A DNA stretch of 64,000 bases from positions 11,784 through 75,783 of the IMG/VR virus record IMGVR_UViG_3300009008_000029; one strand, given 5' to 3'. Shown piece after piece: positions 27,970-36,454 of this stretch. The position numbers and the translations under genes are program-made. The DNA comes from a virus. Each line of letters opens with the position of its first letter. Position 1 is the first letter of the stretch. The notes below the pieces were generated by a model that was not told the DNA's origin, did not search any database, and saw only the letters and a program-made list of their open reading frames with translations.

Positions 27970-30869
27970 TGGCTGATAATTGGGGCACAATCACATTTGA
28001 CGTTCCCGATTTCTTAGAGGACACCCGAGAGTGGATCAATGACGTAGCCGATTTCTTGGTCACGATGTTGGATATCGCATTGATGGCCTTGGAGTTCGCC
28101 AAGGTCTACCTAGTGGGGTTTCTGGACCCCATCATGGCCCTGATCCAAGCGATTGTGGACGAACTCAAAGCCCTGCTTCGGGATATCCGCCAAATGGGGC
28201 TGTATATGACGGGGGATTGGGGGCTTCTGACGAAGCCCTACGAGGAGTTGCTGGGCGGGTTTCAGGAGTACGAACGGCGTATGATTGCCCGGCTGACGGA
28301 CCGGACAGACCCCACCCGTCCCGATTTGTCCAGCAAGACGACCGTGCTGGCTTTGTTTTTCTACCTCTCGGTGGACATCTCGGACATTCAGCGTCTGATC
28401 AAGTTCATCAAGCAGTTGATCAAGTATTTCAAGCAGTCCTACGACAACGCCAGCGGCTACCCCATCTGCAATATCACCGATGTCCTTTACGGGACCAGTG
28501 CCGCTACGATTATGCAAGCACAGGACATTGGTAGTTTCTTTACTACAGAATCGACTCCCCCTCCGATCTCGTTGGTCAAGTGGGGGGTTCAGTCCCCAAC
28601 CCAGAGGTCACCTTTCAATCCGTTCCCGCCCGGCCCGCCCGACGGGTTCATTGTTACGGTCTCAACCCTCCGTGAGGGGATTCAGCTTGTCTATGACCGG
28701 CCATCCTCCACGGGACAGATGAAACCTGCTCCCGTAGGTGAAGGGCAGGTTCAAGGGCGTGAGTACGGGATGGTCAAGGACAGTGCGGGGAAACCGGTTG
28801 TCCTGATGGGTGGCAAGGAGATGTTGGACGACCTTGCACCGATGCTGCACTACAACGCTGGGTTGGATACGGACGGGACGGTGAAGCCCGGTGCTGTTCG
28901 GGTGTACGGCCTTGATCCCAGTACTAAGACCATCATCCCGTTGGACCAACTCAAACAGGGTGACAACTACTACTTCCAGCGGACGTTCTATGTGTCCCCC
29001 ACACAGGCGGGGGCCGCTTGGATTACCGGTGAGTACACGGTGCTATTGAAGCAGGAAGAGATGCCCAAGGCCGGGCGTGTCGTGACTGCTACGGATCAGA
29101 CCCTGACCATTGAAGACGACGGCGTCCCCGCTGTCCTGTACGTCCGGGTAGCGTGCTGTGCCAAGAATATCGCAGATACGGAAGTGTTCCAGTATTCCTT
29201 TGACCCGCAGGGGAAGGATGTTGTCGGGGACAATATGATAGCCCTGAACTTGGGTGCCAGCCCCAAGGACATCCCGGCACCTACGGAACTGGGTGATTGG
29301 AGCATACCCCGTCAGGTGGTGTTCCCTAACGCTAATACCAAGGCGTATCTAGATGCTCTCAAGACGGCCCTCATGGTTCTGGTCTTGAGTCGTCCTGATT
29401 TGACACCCCTCGACAAGCTGGAGGATACTTTCTCGGCGGATGATGTAGCCCGCATCAAGGCAAACAAACTCCTTGTTCCTCGTATTGCGTTGGAACGGAG
29501 CGGTCTGGAGAAGTTCCTCCCGCTGGCGGATCTGGTAGTGGGGGGTGATTATTCCGAGTGGGTCGAGTCCTATGAGGATACAGACCCGCTGGCGTGGCGA
29601 AAAGATCTCTTCAAGAAGATCGAGAAGGTTGCTCATGACATCTACAGCAAGACTGGCCCGATGCCAGAGGCGGAGGCTGTTGTTGCCCAGCGGACCGAGT
29701 TCCTTCGCACTGCAACTTGGTATGACGTAATCGATGCCGCCCATACAAGTTCGGTTATCGATGTCCTGTATGAAAAGGAGATACCGAAGTTGAAGGCTGG
29801 ACCTCTTCTGGATTCCTTGAAGCCGGAAGAGGATCAAGGCTCTCTCCTTGTGGCTGGGTTGGCCCGGAACCCCGTGGGGATTGCGGGTCAGACGGACCAC
29901 CTTGAGACCATCGTGGGCCTTCCTTACGTCACAATGGACCGTTCACCCCAGATGCAAGAGGTCAAGATAGGTGGGAATGGTCCTCTCTGGGCGGGTGAAT
30001 GGGAAGCGGAGGTGGCAGCCAAAGATGTGCCCGCATTATTGGCCGAGTCGCCCACCGGAATACGGTGGCTCTATGAGAGGTGCATCCAAGATGATGGGTC
30101 CATCAAGGTTCCCGAGGACTGGTACCCAGCTATGAATGCTATTACAAAGGAGACACCCGAGCATATGGGGTCCGCTGACATATCCCCTGTCTTTTATTTG
30201 AACCGTAAATACACCACGAGCCCCAGTGAAGGAGATTGGGCGTTTGCTCGGATTCTTTATTGCCGGGGGCTTTTCGCTAAGGCCAACAACGGTCAGATAC
30301 TGGAGGAAGCCGCAATCGCATTGGGGTTGGCGGGTGCTACCCTACGGTCACCAGATGATGGTGCATGGCTCAATATCCGGTATGTGGATTCCTTCCCCGG
30401 CATTGACCGGGTTGTCTCGATGATCACTAACTGGGTGGAGGCGGTTATGAAATCCCTCCAGTCGATCATTGACACGTACAAGAAGTACATCGAGTTCCTT
30501 GAGGCCCGGATCATTGAGATGCAGCAGTTGATCCGGCGTATTAACGGCATGATCCAAACCATTTTGGGCACGACAGTTCAGATTCCGAAATGCTCCGCCC
30601 TCACGCTTGTTTCGGATGGCACAAACGGTGTCCTGACCGATCTTGTGTCCGCCGAGACAAAACCCAGTGACGGCCCCCGTGCTTACGGTGCGGGTGTGGC
30701 GATTGTGATTCCAATCGGGCCGACATGGATCATGGATCTCATCAAGGCAGCGTTGAAACAGGAAGAAGGCTCACCTGTAGAGGGGGAATACCTAGCGGGA
30801 GCAGGGATCACAGGGATCACTGGCATCCCGGAGGACTCCCCCGAAAGTGATGAGCCTGATGTCCTGTAG
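27969..30869 (+). CDS. Virion-associated protein with long amphipathic helices at both ends
   Basis: 966 aa, with helical N-terminal ~65 aa and a helical segment near the C-terminus flanking a beta-rich middle. TAATG overlap. Confidence 0.6.
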   Translation: MADNWGTITFDVPDFLEDTREWINDVADFLVTMLDIALMALEFAKVYLVGFLDPIMALIQAIVDELKALLRDIRQMGLYMTGDWGLLTKPYEELLGGFQEYERRMIARLTDRTDPTRPDLSSKTTVLALFFYLSVDISDIQRLIKFIKQLIKYFKQSYDNASGYPICNITDVLYGTSAATIMQAQDIGSFFTTESTPPPISLVKWGVQSPTQRSPFNPFPPGPPDGFIVTVSTLREGIQLVYDRPSSTGQMKPAPVGEGQVQGREYGMVKDSAGKPVVLMGGKEMLDDLAPMLHYNAGLDTDGTVKPGAVRVYGLDPSTKTIIPLDQLKQGDNYYFQRTFYVSPTQAGAAWITGEYTVLLKQEEMPKAGRVVTATDQTLTIEDDGVPAVLYVRVACCAKNIADTEVFQYSFDPQGKDVVGDNMIALNLGASPKDIPAPTELGDWSIPRQVVFPNANTKAYLDALKTALMVLVLSRPDLTPLDKLEDTFSADDVARIKANKLLVPRIALERSGLEKFLPLADLVVGGDYSEWVESYEDTDPLAWRKDLFKKIEKVAHDIYSKTGPMPEAEAVVAQRTEFLRTATWYDVIDAAHTSSVIDVLYEKEIPKLKAGPLLDSLKPEEDQGSLLVAGLARNPVGIAGQTDHLETIVGLPYVTMDRSPQMQEVKIGGNGPLWAGEWEAEVAAKDVPALLAESPTGIRWLYERCIQDDGSIKVPEDWYPAMNAITKETPEHMGSADISPVFYLNRKYTTSPSEGDWAFARILYCRGLFAKANNGQILEEAAIALGLAGATLRSPDDGAWLNIRYVDSFPGIDRVVSMITNWVEAVMKSLQSIIDTYKKYIEFLEARIIEMQQLIRRINGMIQTILGTTVQIPKCSALTLVSDGTNGVLTDLVSAETKPSDGPRAYGAGVAIVIPIGPTWIMDLIKAALKQEEGSPVEGEYLAGAGITGITGIPEDSPESDEPDVL

Positions 30870-30880
30870 GAGAAAGTGAT

Positions 30881-31765
30881 ATGGCATCCTTTGGAAAACT
30901 CTGTGTCTGGCCGGTGGGGTACTTTCGGGCGTATTCCAGTTGGCTTCTCAGGAATAGACGGGAGATAGTCTCCAGAATCAACGTGCTGACGGCTGAGATT
31001 GAACGGATTGGTTTCATTACGGTGGACTATGCGAAAGAGGAGATGGATGACGGGTCGGTATACCGCACTGAACAGCGTTTAGGCATCCGTGTAACGGAGG
31101 GCTCATCACTGGGGCTGTTGCTGCGGGCCTACGTTGCAGGTGGGGGCGACCCTTTGAACATTTCCCCTTTCATGTACCCGAACACCTCGGACATTGAGGT
31201 CAAAGGGACGAGTGACCCGATAATCACGGAGACGTACCCTCATGGCGGTGTTGTGGCCCCCATATCGGCGTCCCCAATAGGGTCGGAAGCATCCGAGACA
31301 AAAACGGGTTTTGAGCCGGACCCCGGCGGCAATATCCGAATGGAATCCTACTACCCGGCTCGGCAGGGCGGCAAAATCGATCCCGGCTCTTATGACCACG
31401 ATGCTATTGTCCGAACCATGCACCTCATCCGAGGGTGGGCAAATCAGGACATTAAGGAACGATTGCAGGACATCGAGTGGCGAATCGTCAAGCTCTGTGA
31501 CCTACGAGAACAGTTGCTCAAAGAGCGGGATGAAGTGTTGGTAGCGGCTTTTGGTGGAACGATGACGGGACTGGGTACTTTTGATGACACCCAGTTTGAC
31601 CCGGCCCTCCGGGTCCAAGCACTTGTCCAAGATATGTACGAGTTAATCTACGACATTACGGACTCGGGAGATGCTTCATTCCGTGCAAGGGAGGAGGTCC
31701 AGTACCTCCAGTTCACGTTCCCGGATACGGCTGCGGAGGCCGTGAGAGACCCGTTAGGCTGCTAG
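30881..31765 (+). CDS. Hypothetical baseplate-cluster protein with coiled coil
   Basis: 294 aa, RBS AGGAG. Coiled-coil segment IKERLQDIEWRIVKLCDLREQLLKERDE. Confidence 0.65.
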   Translation: MASFGKLCVWPVGYFRAYSSWLLRNRREIVSRINVLTAEIERIGFITVDYAKEEMDDGSVYRTEQRLGIRVTEGSSLGLLLRAYVAGGGDPLNISPFMYPNTSDIEVKGTSDPIITETYPHGGVVAPISASPIGSEASETKTGFEPDPGGNIRMESYYPARQGGKIDPGSYDHDAIVRTMHLIRGWANQDIKERLQDIEWRIVKLCDLREQLLKERDEVLVAAFGGTMTGLGTFDDTQFDPALRVQALVQDMYELIYDITDSGDASFRAREEVQYLQFTFPDTAAEAVRDPLGC

Positions 31766-31771
31766 GTCTTT

Positions 31772-31805
31772 CGGTGTCTCGTCTATATCGGGCGGTATGT
31801 AGACG
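31772..31805 (+). promoter_or_regulatory. Candidate late promoter/operator, copy 1 (CGGT-N4-CGYCTAT-N12-GTAG, hairpin-forming)
   Basis: cggt gtct cgtctat atcgggcggtat gtag. CGTCTATAT (31780-31788) pairs with ATGTAGACG (31797-31805). The same motif occurs at 41896. Confidence 0.5.
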
Positions 31806-31822
31806 ATGGAGGCCGGAAGGCT

Positions 31823-32977
31823 ATGACACAAGAATTCCAACTGGCGTGGCCTTGCCCGCACACGACGGTGGAGGAACACGTTGCCCTAGGTGATGACCGC
31901 CGATCTTTGCGGACTCAACAGCCCGTTGCCGGTGCCGCCACTATCCGTCTCCTTGTGAATGACGAAATGTTCATCCCTCAGTCGGGGTTGTTTTCCTACG
32001 CCGCCCTTGCGAGTGCCGTTTCTGGACCCTACGAGTTGGTCCCAAACGAGGACACCATCACCATTTTGACCTCTGAGGGGTCTACGACTCATACCTTCGG
32101 GGTGTCCCGAACTGTCCGCTATACCGCAACCCAGATCATCGAGTTGCTTCAGCGGGCGAATGTTCGGGTCTACATGGAGAACGAGAATGGGCATCTGGTG
32201 TTCTATGACACGGCTGCCGTAGGTCCAACCTCCCGTGTGAAGGTTACCGGGACTGCGGCAGCGTCACTGGGCTTTGGGTCTCCCGGCGTCAACGAGTACC
32301 AATGGCAAGCTGTTGGAAGGGAGTTGTACCCCGGCTGGCACCTCTACACGCCCGATGAAGAAGTGACGACCCGGTTTCCTAGATTCAACCGTATCATTAG
32401 GGGGAACCAGAACTTCAAAGCCACCTACACGACGGCTCCGAACAGGTGCCTCCGCTGTGGTGCCTCCTATGTAGAGAATGATCTGCGGTTCGATTCTCAG
32501 GGTCAGAGCCTCATGATCGAGAACGAGAATCTTCTGTATCAGGCAGCCTTGAAGGTTCTGTTGACGGATAAGGGGTCCAATCCGTACCACCCGTGGTACG
32601 GCACGTCCCTACGCTCACGGATTGGAAGCAAGACGGTTTCGGGGATAGCCTCGCTCATCAGTGAGGATGTCCGCAAGGCGTTAGAGAAGTATCAGAAACT
32701 GCAAGAGTCACAGGCAAAGTACCAGACCGTGACATTCAAAGAACGGCTGCTTGTGATTCAGTCCGTTGACGTGAAGCAACACGAACAGGATCAGACAACT
32801 TACTTGATCGATGTGACTGTGAGGAATGCCTCCTCACAGCCGGTCTCCTTGTCGATTGTTTTCACCGTCCCCTCCGTTGTTGCCCTGATGGGTTCCAACG
32901 GTTTGATGTTGGGAACGGAACCGACCGGGATACTGCCAGAAAATCAGGGCCAGTTGTTCCTGACAGGACAGAGGTAG
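31823..32977 (+). CDS. Baseplate wedge / sheath initiator (T4 gp25 / P2 gpW-like) with N-terminal extension
   Basis: The C-terminal LYQAALKVLLTDKGSNPYHPWYGTSLRSRIG...ERLLVIQSVDV...YLIDVTV matches the gp25 pattern. It precedes the baseplate J gene. Confidence 0.8.
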   Translation: MTQEFQLAWPCPHTTVEEHVALGDDRRSLRTQQPVAGAATIRLLVNDEMFIPQSGLFSYAALASAVSGPYELVPNEDTITILTSEGSTTHTFGVSRTVRYTATQIIELLQRANVRVYMENENGHLVFYDTAAVGPTSRVKVTGTAAASLGFGSPGVNEYQWQAVGRELYPGWHLYTPDEEVTTRFPRFNRIIRGNQNFKATYTTAPNRCLRCGASYVENDLRFDSQGQSLMIENENLLYQAALKVLLTDKGSNPYHPWYGTSLRSRIGSKTVSGIASLISEDVRKALEKYQKLQESQAKYQTVTFKERLLVIQSVDVKQHEQDQTTYLIDVTVRNASSQPVSLSIVFTVPSVVALMGSNGLMLGTEPTGILPENQGQLFLTGQR

Positions 32978-32980
32978 CAG

Positions 32981-35900
32981 ATGGCGACGACACCTACTTT
33001 TCTTGGCCCCGACGGTGTGTACCGGACCCAGTATATCTTCACGACTGACCAGTCGACCCGTTTCTTCACCGGTCAGATGGATGCCGATACTATCGACATG
33101 AGGGTCTCTATCCGAGGCGGGGCCGAGAGTTCCGACCCGGACATGATTGCCTTTGAGGGTACCAGCTTCACAATCCCCAACCCTTCGGCCTTCCCGGATG
33201 GGTTGCCTTTGTTGGCGGGCAACAACCTGATCACCGTCCGGTCAGTTCTTTCCAATGGTGAGACAACCCCTTACGGGACGATTCAAGCGAATCTGGCGTT
33301 GGATCGAGACACTCGATCCCTTATCCCACCCCCCACGGGTTTGTACATTGAACGCAAGGACCAGACAGTAACCGTTTCCATCACGGGAGATGAGGGTGGC
33401 AACATCCTCGGCTACCATTTCTACGCTGCCTCCGCACCGGGTGGGGGGATCACTGGGTATAAGAGAATCAACCTGTCCTTGGTGACCGCTTACGAGACCG
33501 AAGAGGAAGTGACCACCATCGGGACAATGACGGCAGATTCCGTTGTTGACACCAATGACGACGGCTCACCCGTTACCGACCCCCTGTATTTCCGTATCAC
33601 AGGGGCACAGACAGATGAAGATGCCGACGTTGTGTCTACCGATTTTGATGAGCAGATTGAGGTGCCTGAGACCGCCGGGCGTTTGCGTACTGTAGCGTAT
33701 ACAGGCGTTGTGGCCACCGTGAAGCGGTTCTCTTTCACTCATGACCGGGGAGGGTCTGCAAACTCCACGTACCCCACGATTCCCAATTCCGAGTTCACCA
33801 CTATCCCTTCGGAAGACCCCCTCTACTACACGGCGACGGCGGTGTACTTGCTTGATGATGCGGAATATGAGTCACCCATGTCACAGGAGGTGGCGGGAGG
33901 CCCGTTGAAGGTGACAACGGTGGTGGCGGACCTGCCGGTCGTTTCCCGTCAGCAGATCATCCGGGACTCGACACTCTCTATCTTCCGATCCCGCCCAGAC
34001 GTTGATGTCAAACCGGGTTCGTACCTCCGAGACACGTTCCTTGATCCGTTTGCAACGGAGTCGGAGAGAATTCGTTTCATCATCAACTTCCTACAGGCGG
34101 CACAGAGTTTCAGCACCCTGTTGTCGATTGATGACCCCAACAACTCTGGGGTCTCCGTTTCGGTTCCGCAGTCGCCGTACAAGATTGCCTTGAAGCAAGC
34201 GTTCTTCCTGCAAGATAACCTGTCGACTCAGAACCTCATCGACAATGCCTTTGACCACCTTGCGGCTCGCAGAGGAACGACAAGGCTACTGGGTCAGGTA
34301 TCGAAGGGCGAGGTGACCTTCTATGTGACGACCCGTCCTGTTTCCACCCGGTACCTTCCTATTGGTACGGTCGTTACGGGCGGGGGTCTGCGATTCAGGA
34401 CAATCTCTGCGGCCCGGATCACATCCTCTGGGGCCGGGAGCATTTACAACCCCGGAACGGGACGGTGGTCTGCGAATGCCTACGTTGAGGCCGAGGATGT
34501 AGGTTCCGCCGGAAACTTGGCGGGCGGGCAAATCAATTCCGTTACCGATGGACCCCGAGGGGTCCGGGTGACAAATGCCTCCGCCATGTATGGCGGTAAG
34601 GACTCGGAAAGCAACTATGACCTTGCTGTCCGGGCAGACGGAATCCTCTCTTCCGTTGATACCGGAACGTATCGGGGGTACGTCCAGACCGCTTCCCAGA
34701 CGTCGGGAGTTCGTCAGGTCAATGTCGTTGACGGGGGCCATTCCTTGATGATGAGGGATATGGACCTGACCACAGGTGAACACTGGGGCGGCAAGGTCGA
34801 TGTGTGGGTTCGGGGTGTGAACCTTGCTACCGTGACGGATACCTTTGCCTTCTCTTTCCAGACGGTAGAGAACGGCGGGTTCGTACCGGTGGGGGACATT
34901 CAGAACTTGCGGTTCCGGGTGGTAAACACCTCGGTCAATGTGGACAACCCCATTATCGAGATGCTGGACAATTCCGAGTGGGGCTATGAGTTCAAGGCGA
35001 TCAATGCCAGCGACGGGTCCACGACGGTTCTGGACCTGACGGATGCAACGATTATCGCCCCCGATGGTTTGCAGCTTTCTACGGACTACAATGATCCAAC
35101 CCTGCTACACCTGACGGATACCTTTGAGGGAACCTACCGCTACCGGACAAGCAATACATATGAGTTCACTCGGCAGCCTGTGACCGAGATTTTGAGCTTC
35201 TACCGGGTTGACAGTAACGGTGACCAGCAGGTCGTATCAGATTCAGCCTACCGGTTGTTCCACCCCAGTGGTCCGTTGGAGTCCGGGCGGTCTACGGAGG
35301 CTGGCAACTATTTCCAAGTGATCCAGCCCACGGACGGAACGGCACCGGTCAATCTGCCTTCCGGGGATGCGATTGCGGTAACGGGCGAGTCCCACACGTT
35401 GTTGGATGGTCCCGAGTACCTGCTCAACCTAGGGGTGAACAAGAGAACCGTCAGGATTTGGAACGTGGCCCGGACGGTTGAGTACCGGGGGCCGTACCAT
35501 CCGGGTTCCGCCCAGCGTGATTTCAGTTTCACCAATGAGACCGGACAGAGGCCGGTGGCTTTCAACATGGTCACAGGCGGTGACCTTGAAGCGGGCATGA
35601 CGGTTGTTGTGGACTATGAGCATGACGAAAACTACGTCATCAAGTACAAGACCAATTCTTTGGTTGGAATCGTTCAGACGGCCATCGATGATATGCGGCA
35701 CTCTACGGCGGATGTACTGGCCAAATCCGCATACTCGGTGGGTGTCGATATTCAGGCAACCGTAGTCCTACAACAGAATCAGACAGCTTCGGTTGTAGAC
35801 GGGGCTATCAGGACGGCACTGGGACGTTTGGTAGGGCGTCTAGGGTTAGGTATGCCCCTACGCCAAGGTGACGTTATTCGGGAGATTGAGGCCACGAGCG

Positions 35901-36454
35901 GGGTCTCTTATGTGTCCGTACCTCTGATTGAAATGGACCGCCAAGATGAGTCCGTTGTTGTTCAGGAGCCGGTGATAACAACGACCGATGCGGATTACGT
36001 TGAGATCACGGCTTGGAGTACCGACAACGTGAAGGTCTACCTGTTGACCAACCCCCTTCTTTACGGGACGGCCAACGGGGGCGGGGATTTCAACGAGTTC
36101 CGGGGTGTCAGGATGAATGACCTCCCGCTGACGGTGAACAGGGGTGTCCCAGCGGTAAGCGGTTCACCTTTGAAGGGCGTGTCTATGTCGGCCTGTATCA
36201 TCGGTGACGGCGGAGCTTCGATTCCGAACTACACGGGGTTGACCGCCCGCAGGGTGCTGGTAGCTCTTCCTGTAGGAACCGACCCCTCGGATGGAGAATT
36301 CAAGGTCACGTACATTGTGGACAAAACGAATGTGACGACCCCCGAGGTCAAGAACATCGAACCCGGTCCCTTGGGGTATTTGGAACTGGGGGACTTGGAA
36401 TTCACCTACGATGAGGATGAAGACTTCGCCTCACAGGTGACGAGGGAAAGATAA
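32981..36454 (+). CDS. Baseplate J-like wedge protein (T4 gp6 / P2 gpJ) with N-terminal Ig/FN3-like domains
   Basis: Motifs DVKPGSYLRD, FDHLAARRGTTR...SKGEVTF, VEAEDVGSAGN, VTNASAMYGGKDSES and LGLGMPLRQGDVIREIEATSGVSYV. Confidence 0.85.
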   Translation: MATTPTFLGPDGVYRTQYIFTTDQSTRFFTGQMDADTIDMRVSIRGGAESSDPDMIAFEGTSFTIPNPSAFPDGLPLLAGNNLITVRSVLSNGETTPYGTIQANLALDRDTRSLIPPPTGLYIERKDQTVTVSITGDEGGNILGYHFYAASAPGGGITGYKRINLSLVTAYETEEEVTTIGTMTADSVVDTNDDGSPVTDPLYFRITGAQTDEDADVVSTDFDEQIEVPETAGRLRTVAYTGVVATVKRFSFTHDRGGSANSTYPTIPNSEFTTIPSEDPLYYTATAVYLLDDAEYESPMSQEVAGGPLKVTTVVADLPVVSRQQIIRDSTLSIFRSRPDVDVKPGSYLRDTFLDPFATESERIRFIINFLQAAQSFSTLLSIDDPNNSGVSVSVPQSPYKIALKQAFFLQDNLSTQNLIDNAFDHLAARRGTTRLLGQVSKGEVTFYVTTRPVSTRYLPIGTVVTGGGLRFRTISAARITSSGAGSIYNPGTGRWSANAYVEAEDVGSAGNLAGGQINSVTDGPRGVRVTNASAMYGGKDSESNYDLAVRADGILSSVDTGTYRGYVQTASQTSGVRQVNVVDGGHSLMMRDMDLTTGEHWGGKVDVWVRGVNLATVTDTFAFSFQTVENGGFVPVGDIQNLRFRVVNTSVNVDNPIIEMLDNSEWGYEFKAINASDGSTTVLDLTDATIIAPDGLQLSTDYNDPTLLHLTDTFEGTYRYRTSNTYEFTRQPVTEILSFYRVDSNGDQQVVSDSAYRLFHPSGPLESGRSTEAGNYFQVIQPTDGTAPVNLPSGDAIAVTGESHTLLDGPEYLLNLGVNKRTVRIWNVARTVEYRGPYHPGSAQRDFSFTNETGQRPVAFNMVTGGDLEAGMTVVVDYEHDENYVIKYKTNSLVGIVQTAIDDMRHSTADVLAKSAYSVGVDIQATVVLQQNQTASVVDGAIRTALGRLVGRLGLGMPLRQGDVIREIEATSGVSYVSVPLIEMDRQDESVVVQEPVITTTDADYVEITAWSTDNVKVYLLTNPLLYGTANGGGDFNEFRGVRMNDLPLTVNRGVPAVSGSPLKGVSMSACIIGDGGASIPNYTGLTARRVLVALPVGTDPSDGEFKVTYIVDKTNVTTPEVKNIEPGPLGYLELGDLEFTYDEDEDFASQVTRER

